A DNA stretch of 64,000 nucleotides from an uncultured Actinomycetota bacterium. Lineage in GTDB: Bacteria > Actinomycetota > CALGFH01. Each line of letters starts with the position of its first letter. Positions within the stretch are counted from its first letter, which is position 1. Both the position numbers and the translations under genes were made by a program. The notes under the pieces are model-generated. The model had not been told where the DNA came from, searched no databases, and saw only the letters and a program-made list of their open reading frames with translations. The stretch lies in assembly GCA_963733175.1 (NCBI GenBank), contig CAVTCL010000025.1, positions 65,720-129,719 on the forward strand. The letters run 5' to 3'. This document shows positions 10,681 through 20,650 of the stretch, piece after piece.

Positions 10681-11306
10681 TCAGGGCTCGGCGGTCCAGT
10701 CCTCCAGGGCCGCCTCGGTGCACGGGGGCGCCGCGGCTGTCGAAGGGGCCGGCGATGGGGGCTGGGCCGGCCTCGGCCAGGTCGACGGCTTCGGCGGGGG
10801 TCTTGGCCACCTGGAACAGGGCGCCCTCGCCGAGGGGGGCGAAGCCCTGGGCGACCATGTCGGAGACCATGGCCAGGAACGGGTCCCAGTAGCCGGCCAC
10901 GTTGACCAGCACGATCGGGCGGTCGTGGAGGCGGAGCTGGCGCAGGGTCAGCACCTCCAGCAGCTCCTCCAGGGTGCCGAAGCCGCCGGGCAGGGCCACG
11001 AAGGCGTCGGCGCGGGCGTCCATCTCGGCCTTGCGCTCGCGCAGGGTCTCGGTCACCAGCAGCTCGTCGGCCGGGTCGTAGGCCAGCTCGCGGTCGACCA
11101 GCCCCTGGGGGATGACCCCGACCACGGTGCCGCCGTGGTCGTGGACCGAGCGGGCCAGCTCCCCCATCAGGCCGACGTTGCCGCCGCCGTAGACCAGCCG
11201 GTGGCCACGCTCGGCCAGCTCGCGGCCCAGGTCGCGGGCCGCCCGCCGGTACGGCCTCGGGGAGCCCGCCGGCCGACGAGCAGAAGACACACAGCGACAT
11301 GGTCAC
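10681..11306 (-). CDS. LOG family protein (TIGR00730-type nucleotide 5'-monophosphate nucleosidase), frameshifted near the 5' end, 3' end uncertain
   Basis: MTMSLCVFCSS in one frame and RLVYGGGNVGLMGE...PGGFGTLEEL in the next. The stop at 10,681 needs one more shift at a G5/C5 run. Confidence 0.7.
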
Positions 11307-12574
11307 GACACGTACTGCGCGAACCCGTCGTCGTCGAACGGCCCGATCAGGGCCAGGGCGCGGGGGCCGGTGCCGAGGACCTCCTTGGCCACGGCGCGGA
11401 CGTCGGCGTCGGTGACGGCGTCGACGCGGCGGATGACCTCGTCGACCGAGAGGATCTCGCCGAAGGTCAGCTCGGACTTGCCCAGGCGGGTCATGCGGCC
11501 GGAGGTGTCCTCCATGCCGAGCACCAGCGACCCCTCCAGGTGGCCCTTGCCCCGCTCCAGCTCGGCCTCGGTCAGGCCCTCGGCCACCACCCGCTCCAGC
11601 TCGTCGCGGACGATGGCCAGCACGTCGTGGATGCGCTTGGGCGCGGCCCCGGCGTACACCGAGAACGAGCCGGTCTCGGTGTACTGGGCGGCGTAGGAGT
11701 AGATCGAGTAGACCAGGCCGCGCTTCTCCCGCACCTCCTGGAACAGCCGCGAGCTGACCCCGCCGCCGAAGGCGACGTTGAGCACCCCGAGGGCGAAGCG
11801 GCGCGGGTCGGCCCGGGACAGCCCGCGGCTGCCCAGCACCACGTGCGCCTGCTCGGTCGGCTTGCGGCGGACCGCGACCCCGCCGTTGACCCGCGGCTCG
11901 CGCCGGCCCTCGCGGGGGCCGATGGCCTCGCCCGACCCGGCCTCGCCGAACGCCTCGGCGAACAGCTCGACCACCTGGTCGTGCTCCAGGCTCCCGGCCG
12001 CGGCCACCACCAGGTTGCCGGGCACGTAGTGCCGCCGCCAGTAGCGGGCGATGGCGTCGCGCCGCATGGCGGTGATGGAGTCGACCGTGCCCAGCACCGG
12101 GCGGCCCAGCGGGTGGCCGCCGAACAGGGTCTCGGCGAACAGGTCGTGCACGACGTCGTCGGGGGCGTCGTTGTGCATGCCGATCTCTTCCAGGATGACC
12201 GTCCGCTCGGCGTCGACGTCGGCGCTGGCCATCTTGGAGAAGCGCAGCATGTCGACCAGGACGTCGACCGCCAGGGGCAGGTCGCGGTCGAGGGTCCTGG
12301 CGTAGAAGCAGGTGTACTCCTTGGAGGTGAAGGCGTTGGTCTCGCCACCGACCGCGTCCATCGCCTCGGCGATGTCGCGGGCCGAGCGCCGCCCGGTCCC
12401 CTTGAACAGCAGGTGCTCCAGGTAGTGGGAGGCGCCGGCCAGGCGTGGGGTCTCGTCGCGGGACCCCACGCCGGCCCAGATGCCGAGGGTGACCGAGCGC
12501 ACGGCGGGCATGCGCTCGGTCAGGACCCGGAGGCCGCCCGGGAGCTCGGTGCGCTCGAACCCGGCCTCGGCCAC
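11303..12574 (-). CDS. M16 family zinc peptidase (pitrilysin-like)
   Basis: 423 aa with HxxEH motif (HYLEHLLFKGT). Sits immediately downstream of pnp, as is usual in actinobacteria. Confidence 0.88.
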   Translation of the reverse strand: MAEAGFERTELPGGLRVLTERMPAVRSVTLGIWAGVGSRDETPRLAGASHYLEHLLFKGTGRRSARDIAEAMDAVGGETNAFTSKEYTCFYARTLDRDLPLAVDVLVDMLRFSKMASADVDAERTVILEEIGMHNDAPDDVVHDLFAETLFGGHPLGRPVLGTVDSITAMRRDAIARYWRRHYVPGNLVVAAAGSLEHDQVVELFAEAFGEAGSGEAIGPREGRREPRVNGGVAVRRKPTEQAHVVLGSRGLSRADPRRFALGVLNVAFGGGVSSRLFQEVREKRGLVYSIYSYAAQYTETGSFSVYAGAAPKRIHDVLAIVRDELERVVAEGLTEAELERGKGHLEGSLVLGMEDTSGRMTRLGKSELTFGEILSVDEVIRRVDAVTDADVRAVAKEVLGTGPRALALIGPFDDDGFAQYVS

Positions 12575-12578
12575 CGGC

Positions 12579-14807
12579 TCAGCCTTCCTCGCCGCCGCCG
12601 GCGTCGGCCGAGGCGTCGGTCGGGCGTCGGTCGGGGCCGTCGGTCGGGGTCTCGCCCTCCTCGGCCAGCTGGAGGGAGATGCGGTTCTGGCGGTCGATCT
12701 CCATCACCTCGACGAGCAGCTTGTCGCCGACGTTGACGACGTCCTCGACCGCCCGCACCCGCTGCCCCTTCCTGCCGAGCCGCGAGATGTGCAGCAGGCC
12801 GTCCTTGCCCGGGGTGAGCGAGATGAAGGCCCCGAAGGTGGTCGTCTTGACCACCGTGCCCAGGTAGCGCTCGCCGACCTGGGGCATGACCGGGTTCATC
12901 TGCTCGCGGATCATCTTGAGGGCGATGTCGAGCTGGTCGCCGTCGGTGGCCCCGATGTAGACCCGCCCGTCGTCCTCGATCGAGATCTCGGCGCCCGAGG
13001 TGGCCTGGATCTCGTTGATCCGCTTGCCCTTGGGCCCGATCAGCTCGCCGATCTTGGCCACCGGGATCTGCTCGACGTGGACCCGCGGGGCCAGCCGGTT
13101 GAGCTGCTCACGCGGCCGCTCGATGGCCGCCTGGATGACGTCCAGGATGACCATGCGGGCGTCGCGGGCCTGGGTCAGGGCGCCGATCAGGACCTCGCAG
13201 GGGATGCCGGTGAGCTTGGTGTCGAGCTGCAGGGCGGTGACGAACTCGCGGGTGCCCGCGACCTTGAAGTCCATGTCGCCGAAGGCGTCCTCGGCGCCGA
13301 GGATGTCGGTCAGGGTGACGAACTCGCCGCCCTCGGAGATCAGGCCCATGGCGATGCCGCCGACCGGGGCCTTGATGGGCACGCCGGCGTCCATCAGCGA
13401 CAGGGTGGAGGCGCACACCGAGGCCATCGAGGTCGAGCCGTTGGAGCTCAGCACCTCCGAGACCAGCCGCAGCGCGTAGGGGAACTCCTCCTTGTCCGGG
13501 ATCACCGGCAGCAGGGCCCGCTCGGCCAGCGCCCCGTGGCCGATCTCGCGGCGCTTGGGGCCGCGCATGAAGCCGACCTCGCCGGTGGAGAACGGCGGGA
13601 AGTTGTAGTGGTGCATGTAGCGCTTGCGGTCCTCGGGGTCGAGGGTGTCGATGATCTGCTCCATGCGGACCATGCCCAGGGTGGTGACGTTCAGCACCTG
13701 GGTCTCGCCGCGCTGGAACAGCCCGGAGCCGTGGGCCCGGGGCAGGATGCCGACCTCGGCCTCCAGCGGCCGGATGTCGCGCGGCCCGCGGCCGTCGATC
13801 CGCTTGGCGTCCTTGACGACCCGCTGGCGGACCAGCTCCTTGGTGAGGCTGCGGAAGGCGGCCGAGGCCTCCTTCTCGCGGCCGGCGAAGGCCTCGCCGA
13901 GCTGCTCGGTGGCGGCCTGGGCGGCCTCGGCCTTGAGCTCGTCCAGCCGGACCTCGCGCTCGGCCTTGTCGGCGATGGTGATGGCCTCGCGCACCTGGGC
14001 CTCGACCGCGCCCCGGACGGCGCCGGCCACGTCCTCGCCGTACTCGGCGAACAGCGGGAACTCCCGCGGCTGGGCGCCGGCCTGGCGGACCAGCTCGACC
14101 TGGAGCTGGCAGGCGGTGGCGATGTGGGTCTTGGCCAGCTCGAGGGCCAGCCCGAGGGCCTCCTCGGTCGGCTTGGGGGCGCCCTCCTCCTCCATCAGCC
14201 GGACGGCGTGCTCGGTCGCCTCGGCCTCGACCATGAGGATGTCGACCCCGCCGGCCTCGTTCTGGCGGCCGGCCACGACCATGTCGAAGGTGCACTCCTC
14301 CAGCTCGGAGTAGGTGGGGTTGACGATCCAGTCGCCGGCCTTGCGGCCGAGGCGGACCGCCCCGACCGGGCCCGAGAACGGGATCCCGGCCAGCTGCACG
14401 GCCGCCGAGGCGCCGTTGATGGCCAGCACGTCCGAGAGGTTCTCCATGTCGGTCGACATGATGGTGGCGACCACGTGGATCTCGTTGCGCAGCCCCTTGG
14501 GGAACGAGGGGCGCAGCGGCCGGTCGACCAGCCTGGCGGTCAGGATGGCCGTCTCCGACGGCCGGCCCTCACGCCGGAAGAAGCCGCCGGGGATCTTGCC
14601 GGCGGCGTACATGCGCTCCTCGACGTCCACGGTGAGGGGCATGAAGTCGAGTTGTTCCTTGGGATGCTTGCTCGCGGTCGCGGTGACCAGGAGCTGGGTC
14701 TCGCCCAGCCCGATGACGACGGCGCCGCCCGCCAGCTTGGCCAGCTTGCCGGTCTCCAGATAGAGCTCGCGGCCGCCGACGGCGCCTTGCACACGATGAA
14801 CTGCCAT
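12579..14807 (-). CDS. pnp: polyribonucleotide nucleotidyltransferase (PNPase)
   Basis: 742 aa with two RNase PH-like halves, KH and S1 regions ([25 protein letters not shown]). Confidence 0.96.
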   Translation of the reverse strand: MAVHRVQGAVGGRELYLETGKLAKLAGGAVVIGLGETQLLVTATASKHPKEQLDFMPLTVDVEERMYAAGKIPGGFFRREGRPSETAILTARLVDRPLRPSFPKGLRNEIHVVATIMSTDMENLSDVLAINGASAAVQLAGIPFSGPVGAVRLGRKAGDWIVNPTYSELEECTFDMVVAGRQNEAGGVDILMVEAEATEHAVRLMEEEGAPKPTEEALGLALELAKTHIATACQLQVELVRQAGAQPREFPLFAEYGEDVAGAVRGAVEAQVREAITIADKAEREVRLDELKAEAAQAATEQLGEAFAGREKEASAAFRSLTKELVRQRVVKDAKRIDGRGPRDIRPLEAEVGILPRAHGSGLFQRGETQVLNVTTLGMVRMEQIIDTLDPEDRKRYMHHYNFPPFSTGEVGFMRGPKRREIGHGALAERALLPVIPDKEEFPYALRLVSEVLSSNGSTSMASVCASTLSLMDAGVPIKAPVGGIAMGLISEGGEFVTLTDILGAEDAFGDMDFKVAGTREFVTALQLDTKLTGIPCEVLIGALTQARDARMVILDVIQAAIERPREQLNRLAPRVHVEQIPVAKIGELIGPKGKRINEIQATSGAEISIEDDGRVYIGATDGDQLDIALKMIREQMNPVMPQVGERYLGTVVKTTTFGAFISLTPGKDGLLHISRLGRKGQRVRAVEDVVNVGDKLLVEVMEIDRQNRISLQLAEEGETPTDGPDRRPTDASADAGGGEEG

Positions 14808-15077
14808 AGATGAGGTCTCTCCCTCTTCCTCTGCCGCCCCGGTCTTGTCCGGGGCGGGCCCATGCCCGGCCGCGGTCGCGGCCAGGGCGGCCTGCTCGGG
14901 CGGGAGCCGGGGGACGAGGTGCCAGTTCTCAGTCGAAAGGCCTGGGCGCCGTGGCTGGCGTTCCAGGGCTCACCACTGACAACTGACACGGCCGCTCGTC
15001 CGGCTGCCGGTCGGCAGGCGTTGCTCAGCGCGCCAGGAGCATCACCATCCTCTGCACGCTGCCTGTGTCCACCCCGG
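14808..15077 (-). promoter_or_regulatory. structured rpsO-pnp intergenic leader (candidate processing/attenuation hairpins)
   Basis: 270-nt non-coding gap containing GC hairpins, e.g. gccccgg-tcttgt-ccggggc (about 14,836-14,855) and ggccgcg-gt-cgcggcc. The function is inferred from the known rpsO-pnp arrangement. Confidence 0.35.
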
Positions 15078-15344
15078 TCAGCGGCGCAGGCCGAGGCGTT
15101 CGATGAGCGCCCGGTAGCGGGCGACATCGTTGTTCTGGAGGTAGCGCAGCAGCCGCCGGCGGCGGCCGACCATCTGGAGCAGGCCGCGACGGGAGTGGTG
15201 GTCGTGCTTGTGGACCTTGAGGTGCTCGGTGAGCGAGTTGATGCGCGTGGTGAGCAGGGCCACCTGGACCTCGGGCGAGCCGGTGTCGCCCTCCTTGGTC
15301 GCGTACTCGGTGATGATCTCGGTCTTCTGATCCTTGACCAGCAT
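15078..15344 (-). CDS. rpsO: 30S ribosomal protein S15
   Basis: 88 aa with [38 protein letters not shown]. Confidence 0.97.
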   Translation of the reverse strand: MLVKDQKTEIITEYATKEGDTGSPEVQVALLTTRINSLTEHLKVHKHDHHSRRGLLQMVGRRRRLLRYLQNNDVARYRALIERLGLRR

Positions 15345-15467
15345 GCTGCTACCTCTTCCATGACGATGCGGATTCTGCCCGGGGGCCCCGGCTGGCGCTG
15401 TGACGGCGCGGCCAGGGGTCCCGCGTCCCGGACGGTCGCCGGGCCGAACGGCCCAGCCACCCGCGCA

Positions 15468-15476
15468 AGGGTAGCA
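15468..15476 (-). promoter_or_regulatory. candidate extended -10 element (TGcTACCCT) upstream of rpsO
   Basis: The minus strand reads cgTGcTACCCTt about 125 nt upstream of the rpsO start. The same motif recurs upstream of rplS and rpsB. Confidence 0.3.
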
Positions 15477-15543
15477 CGGGCAGCCTCGCCGGCCGCCGGA
15501 ACCCGCTGCTCAGAAGGGCAGGATCGCCTGAACCCGCGCCGGG

Positions 15544-16872
15544 TCAGCCGCGGGGCACGGCGGCGGTCAGCTCGCCCAGGGCGGCCTCCTCGGCGTCGCA
15601 GGCGGCCGCGACCGTGCCGGCCAGGGTGGTCAGCAGGGTCTCGACGTCCTGGTCGTCGCCGGGGAACTCGTGGCGCCAGCGGTCGCGGAGGGCCCACAGG
15701 TCGGCGGCGGTGGCGGCCGCCGCCTGCTGGGCGGCGTCGCCCCGCTCGACCTGGGCCTGGAGCTGGTCGGTGAGGCGGCGGGCCTCGGCGAACGGCTCGC
15801 GGCCGGCGGGCAGGGCGGTCTCGGCGACCTCGTGCCAGCGGGCGGCGGCCTCGCGGTAGGCGGCCGCCGCCTTGCCGAGGGCGGGGGCGTCGAGCAGGCC
15901 GGCGGCCTCGTCCAGGAACTCGGCGTACAGCCCGCGCAGGTTGCCGCCGTCCCGACCCGGACGGCTCCAGGTCCTCGTACACCGACAGGCAGGCGTCGAA
16001 CAGGCTGACCCGGTCGGCGAACACCGTCGGCCAGCCCTTGGCGTTGCGGGGGTCGGTGAGCAGCCGGGCCCACTTGCGGAAGGCCGGCAGCGAGAACGAG
16101 TCGGACCGCTGGCCGAGGTGCTCGACCTGCTCGGCCAGGCCGTCGCGGACCGCCCGGCGGAGCCCGCCGGCGTCCAGCTCGGCGGCCGGGGCGTCCAGCA
16201 CCAGCAGCCGGTGCTTGTAGGAGCCGACCCGGGCCCGGGCCGCGGCCAGGGCGTCCAGCGGGACGCGTCAGCGGGGCCCGGTTGCGGTCGTCGACCAGGG
16301 CCACCCCGGCGGCGTCGTCGATGCCGTAGACGGTCACCGGGGGGCCGCCGTGCCCGTCCAGCCAGGCCGGCAGGTGCCGGTAGCCGAGGGCCTGCTGGTC
16401 GGCCCAGGCGATCGCGGGCACGCCCTGGCCGACCGCGGCCCGCAGCTCGGCGTCGGCCTTGCCGGCCGAGCCGGTCTCGTGGACGGCCGCCGGGACGCCC
16501 AGGCGCTGGCAGGTCTTCCTGGCCCAGCGGTCCGGGTACTGCCAGGAGTTGCGGAACCCGAAGACCAGGCTGCGCAGGTCGTGGGCCTTGAACTCCCAGA
16601 GGATGTAGCCGGCGCCGAGCCCGCCGCCGGCCCCGAGGACCATGGCCTCGGACAGGGGCTGGCCGGTGCTGGGGGGCGAGCAGGCCGCGGTTGGCCAGCA
16701 CCCCGGCGATGGCGTGGGCGTCGGGGTGGACGCCGCCGAGCAGCTGGTACTCCGACGGCGGGAGGGCGTTGAGGACGTGGCGCCGGGCGGTGGTGTAGCT
16801 CTCGCCGGTCCTGGCCATGCGGGCGCGGATGCGCTCCTTCAGGTGCTTGTGCGCGGTCATGCGGTGCTCCAT
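15544..16872 (-). CDS. BtrH_N/DUF4872-like protein, frame broken about 3 times
   Basis: Consecutive pieces lie in three frames: KERIRARMARTGESYTTARRHV...; GAGGGLGAGYILWEFKAHDL...WADQQALGYRHLPAWLDGHG; SFSLPAFRKWARLLTDPRNAKGWPTVFADR; LRGLYAEFLDEAAGLL. Confidence 0.55.
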   Translation of the reverse strand: MEHRMTAHKHLKERIRARMARTGESYTTARRHVLNALPPSEYQLLGGVHPDAHAIAGVLANRGLLAPQHRPAPVRGHGPRGRRRARRRLHPLGVQGPRPAQPGLRVPQLLAVPGPLGQEDLPAPGRPGGRPRDRLGRQGRRRAAGRGRPGRARDRLGRPAGPRLPAPAGLAGRARRPPGDRLRHRRRRRGGPGRRPQPGPADASRWTPWPRPGPGSAPTSTGCWCWTPRPPSWTPAGSAGRSATAWPSRSSTSASGPTRSRCRPSASGPGCSPTPATPRAGRRCSPTGSACSTPACRCTRTWSRPGRDGGNLRGLYAEFLDEAAGLLDAPALGKAAAAYREAAARWHEVAETALPAGREPFAEARRLTDQLQAQVERGDAAQQAAAATAADLWALRDRWRHEFPGDDQDVETLLTTLAGTVAAACDAEEAALGELTAAVPRG

Positions 16873-17001
16873 TCGCGGCAGAGCGGCCGGGCCCCACGCC
16901 CCCATGCCACTCCGCCGGGCGATGGAGTCGACCAGCGCCAGGCGATCCCGAGGACAACCATCCCCTTCGCCCCCGCGGGGCCGGGTCGCGTGGAGACCCG
17001 G

Positions 17002-17979
17002 TCAGGGGGTCGGGCGTGAGAACCCGCCGGGCCGGACTGTACCACCCGGGGGGGACGAGAGCAGCCGGCGGGCCTGGTCGACGTCGGCGCGCATCTGGGC
17101 GGCCAGCTCCTCGACGCCGGCGAAGACGGCCTGGCCGCGGAGGCGGTGGGCGAAGCCGACCGACACCCGGTGCCCGTACAGGTCGCCGTCGAAGTCGAGC
17201 ACGTGGGCCTCGACCCGCCGCCGCTCGGTGCCGAACTGGGGGTTGGTGCCGACGCTGACCGCCGCCGGCCGGGCCACACCGTCCAGGCCGTCGGTCAGGT
17301 GGCCGGCGTAGACGCCGTCGGCGGGGATGGCGATGCCGTCCGGCAGGTCCAGGTTGGCGGTGGGCATGCCGAGGACGGGGCCGCCGCGCCGGTTGCCGGC
17401 GACCACCACCCCCTCGACGGCGTAGGGACGGCCGAGGGAGGCGGCCGCCGCGGCCACGTCGCCGGCGGCCAGCTCGGCCCGGACCCGGGTCGAGGAGACG
17501 GCCTGGCCGCCGTGGGCGTGCAGGCCGACGGCGATCGACCTCGATCCCCCGGGGCCGGCCCAGGTCGGCCAGCAGGTCCGGGTCGCCGGCCGCCTTGTGG
17601 CCGAAGCGGAAGTTCTCCCCCACCACCACCGCCCGGGCGCCCAGGCCGTCGAAGAGCACGTCGGCGGCGAACGCCTCCGCCCCCACCTGGGACAGCTCGG
17701 GGGTGAAGGCCAGCACCAGCACGACCTCGACGCCGGCCTGGCCCAGCAGCTCGACCTTGCGGTCCAGGGTGGTGAGCAGCGGCGGCTCGCTCCCGGGCCG
17801 CAGGACGGCCAGGGGGTGGCGGTCGAAGGTGACCGCGGCCGCGGGCACGCCCCTGGCGGCCGCCTCGGCGGCCACCCGGTCCAGCAGCGCCCGGTGCCCC
17901 CGGTGGACCCCGTCGAACATCCCCACGGTGACCACGGTCGGCCCCAGCCCGGCCGGGACGTCGGCGAGCCCGTCGTAGC
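17002..17979 (-). CDS. ribF: bifunctional riboflavin kinase / FAD synthetase, frameshift near 17,530-17,550, start unresolved
   Basis: VVTVGMFDGVHRGH...VVGENFRFGHKAAG in one frame, and IAVGLHAHGG...GMPTANL...GTNPQFG in another. Confidence 0.85.
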   Translation of the reverse strand, partial: ATTGSPTSRPGWGRPWSPWGCSTGSTGGTGRCWTGWPPRRPPGACPRPRSPSTATPWPSCGPGASRRCSPPWTARSSCWARPASRSCWCWPSPPSCPRWGRRRSPPTCSSTAWAPGRWWWGRTSASATRRPATRTCWPTWAGPGGSRSIAVGLHAHGGQAVSSTRVRAELAAGDVAAAAASLGRPYAVEGVVVAGNRRGGPVLGMPTANLDLPDGIAIPADGVYAGHLTDGLDGVARPAAVSVGTNPQFGTERRRVEAHVLDFDGDLYGHRVSVGFAHRLRGQAVFAGVEELAAQMRADVDQARRLLSSPPGGTVRPGGFSRPTP

Positions 17980-17989
17980 GCCTGCACGG

Positions 17990-18856
17990 TCACGCCAGCA
18001 CCACCTTGGGGCGGGCGCGGCCGGCGCTGTCCTGGATGACGGCGACCAGGCGGCCGTCGGGGGCGACGGCGGCCACCGGGTCGCCGCGGCCGGTCGGGTC
18101 GAGGGTCCGGCCGGTGGCCAGGGCGGCCGCCTCGTCCGGGGTCAGGGCACGGACCGCCGCCGGGTCCATCGCCGCCGCCGGGTCGAGCACCGCCGAGGCC
18201 AGCTCGCCCGGCCCGGCGAGGTCGTCCAGGGTGCGGGCGTCCTGCTCGGTGAACCGGCCGACGGCCGTGCGGCGCAGGCTGGCCAGGTGGGCCAGGGTGC
18301 CGAGGGCCCGGCCCAGGTCGGCGGCCAGGGAGCGGACGTAGGTGCCGCCCGAGCAGGCGACCTCGATCGTGGCCGCCGGCCGCTCCCCGGGCGTGAACCC
18401 GAGCAGCTCGAGCTCGTGGATGACGATCGGGCGGGGGGCCCGATCGACCTGCTCGCCCCGCCGGGCCTTGGCGTACAGCCGCTCCCCGCCCACCTTGATG
18501 GCCGACACCATCGGCGGGACCTGGAGCTGGGGGCCGAGGAAGCCGGCCATGGCGGCCCGCAGGCCCGCCTCGTCGACCCCGGCGGCGTCGGCGGTGGCGG
18601 TGACGGTCCCGGCGGCGTCCAGGGTGTCGGTCTCGGCCCCGAAGGCGACCGTGGCCAGGTAGCGCTTGGGCTCGGTGGGCAGGAACGGCAGCAGCCGGGT
18701 GGCCCGGCCGAGGGCCAGGACGAGCACGCCGGTGGCGGGCGGGTCGAGGGTGCCGCCGTGCCCGACCCGGCGCTGGCCGGCCAGGCGGCGCACCCGCGCG
18801 ACCACGTCGTGGGAGGTCATCCCCGCCGGCTTGTCGCAGACGAGCACCCCGTCCAC
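17990..18856 (-). CDS. truB: tRNA pseudouridine(55) synthase
   Basis: 288 aa with DKPAGMTSHDVV and HGGTLDPPATGVLVLALG motifs. Confidence 0.95.
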   Translation of the reverse strand: MDGVLVCDKPAGMTSHDVVARVRRLAGQRRVGHGGTLDPPATGVLVLALGRATRLLPFLPTEPKRYLATVAFGAETDTLDAAGTVTATADAAGVDEAGLRAAMAGFLGPQLQVPPMVSAIKVGGERLYAKARRGEQVDRAPRPIVIHELELLGFTPGERPAATIEVACSGGTYVRSLAADLGRALGTLAHLASLRRTAVGRFTEQDARTLDDLAGPGELASAVLDPAAAMDPAAVRALTPDEAAALATGRTLDPTGRGDPVAAVAPDGRLVAVIQDSAGRARPKVVLA

Positions 18857-18871
18857 CCGCGCCGCCAGCCT

Positions 18872-19903
18872 CTACCTGACCAGCGACCGGGGGTCGCTCC
18901 GGGGGTCGAGGTTCGAGCCCCCGGGACCATCCGGGCCGGTCAGCTCGGCGACCAGGGCCGCCACCGCCGCCTCGGCGTCCAGGTCGGTGGAGTAGCCGGC
19001 GGCGTACTTGTGCCCGCCGCCGCCGAACCGTGTGGCCAGCCGGCCGACGTCGGTGGCGCCCTTGGAGCGCAGCGAGACCTTGTAGCCGCCCTCCGGCTGC
19101 TGCTTGAGCACGGCGGCCACGTCGCTGGCCCCGTCGGTGCGGACCAGGTCGATCAGGCCCTCGGTCTCGTCCATGTCGACCCCGTGGGCGGCCAGGTCGG
19201 CCAGGTCGACCCTGGTCCAGACCAGCGACGCCTCGGGGACCTGGGTGATGCGGCCGAGCGTGTCGGCGACCAGCCGCAGGTAGGCGATGTCGTTGGTCTC
19301 GAACACGGCCTTGGCGACCTCGTACTGCTGGACCCCGGCGGCCAGCAGCTCGGCGGCCAGGAGATGGGTCTCGGGGGTGGTGGCCTGGTACTGGAAGCGG
19401 CCGGTGTCGGTGACCAGCCCGGTGTAGAGGGCGGTGGCGATCTCGGTGTCGATGGGCAGGTCGAGGCGGCGCAGGAGCTCGCGGCAGAGCACGGCGCTGG
19501 CCGGGGACGCCGGGTCGATCAGGTTGACGTCGCCGAAGCGGGTGTTGGAGGCGTGGTGGTCGACGACCAGGGTGCGGCGGGCGCCCCGGAAGGCGTCGAC
19601 CAGGCTGCCGAGGCGGTCGAGCGAGCCGGCGTCGAAGCAGACGAACAGGTCGGCGTCGGTCGGCACCTGGTCGGGCGGGACGAGCCGGTCGAGCCCGGCC
19701 AGGAAGCGGTAGTGGCGGGCGACCACGAACGGCTCCGAGAAGCTCACCACCGCCTCGCGGCCCGCGTTGGCCAGGGCCCGGTGCAGGGCCAGGGCGGACC
19801 CGAGGGCGTCGCCGTCGGGATGGATGTGGCAGGAGATGACCGCCACCTCGGCCTCGGCGATCGCGTCGACGGCCGCCTGCCAGTCCTGCTCCGGGATGCT
19901 CAC
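18872..19903 (-). CDS. nrnA: DHH-family phosphoesterase (NrnA-type oligoribonuclease/pAp phosphatase)
   Basis: GTG start at 19,903 overlaps the rbfA stop (GTGA). Motifs HIHPDGDALGS, VVDHHASN and GGGGHKYAAG. Confidence 0.85.
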   Translation of the reverse strand: MSIPEQDWQAAVDAIAEAEVAVISCHIHPDGDALGSALALHRALANAGREAVVSFSEPFVVARHYRFLAGLDRLVPPDQVPTDADLFVCFDAGSLDRLGSLVDAFRGARRTLVVDHHASNTRFGDVNLIDPASPASAVLCRELLRRLDLPIDTEIATALYTGLVTDTGRFQYQATTPETHLLAAELLAAGVQQYEVAKAVFETNDIAYLRLVADTLGRITQVPEASLVWTRVDLADLAAHGVDMDETEGLIDLVRTDGASDVAAVLKQQPEGGYKVSLRSKGATDVGRLATRFGGGGHKYAAGYSTDLDAEAAVAALVAELTGPDGPGGSNLDPRSDPRSLVR

Positions 19904-20283
19904 GCGCCTTGACCCTCCTGGTCCGACCCCTCCGGCGCGCCCAGCTCGGCCAGCAACCGGTCGATCCGCGCACCCTGGCCGGGCACGGTGTCGGGAACGA
20001 ATTCTAGCGTCGGTGCGTGACGGAGCCGCAGCTGCGAGGCCACGAAGGTCCGTGCCCCGGTGGCCGAGGAGGCCAGCCAGGCCTCGGCGGCGGCCCGCTG
20101 CTGGTCGTCGCCGAGCACGGTGAAGTAGACGCTGGCGTGGTGCAGGTCCTCGGTGACGCGCACGTCGGTCACGGTCACCAGCGGGACCGGCTGGTCGGCC
20201 TGCTCGGCCTCCAGCCATTCGCCGGCCAGCCGCCGGATCGTCTCGGCCAGGCGGCGGGCTCTGGGGTAGCTCGGCTTTGCCAT
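19900..20283 (-). CDS. rbfA: ribosome-binding factor A
   Basis: 127 aa with VTVTDVRVTEDLHHASVYF...LRHAPTLEF. Confidence 0.92.
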   Translation of the reverse strand: MAKPSYPRARRLAETIRRLAGEWLEAEQADQPVPLVTVTDVRVTEDLHHASVYFTVLGDDQQRAAAEAWLASSATGARTFVASQLRLRHAPTLEFVPDTVPGQGARIDRLLAELGAPEGSDQEGQGA

Positions 20284-20289
20284 CGCGGT

Positions 20290-20580
20290 TCAGTCCTCGG
20301 GTCCGTACATGGTCACGTCGCTGGCCAGCAGCTCGACGCCGGGCGTGCGCTCGACCTCGCGCTCGGCCGCCACCAGCACCCGGCGGGCGTGGAAGCCCTC
20401 GCCGGCCACCGTGGCCACCGCCAGGGTGGCCCGCTGGCGCAGGTCCTGATGATCGACCTCGGCGACCGTGCAGTTGAGCTTGCGCAGCGCGGCGGCCAGG
20501 CTCTTGACGACCGACCGCTTGTCCTTGAGCGACGAGGCGTCCGGGAGCCGGAGGTCCAGGCGGAGCAGGGCGACGAACAT
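20290..20580 (-). CDS. DUF503 family protein (YlxP-like)
   Basis: 96 aa with LRLPDASSLKDKRSVVKSL. Sits in the conserved position between infB and rbfA. Confidence 0.8.
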   Translation of the reverse strand: MFVALLRLDLRLPDASSLKDKRSVVKSLAAALRKLNCTVAEVDHQDLRQRATLAVATVAGEGFHARRVLVAAEREVERTPGVELLASDVTMYGPED

Positions 20581-20650
20581 GGCAGCAGGGTCGCCCCGGG
20601 ACCGGGCGGCAGACGCCGAGGCGTGCGCCGTGGCCCCGGGGCCGTCGGGG

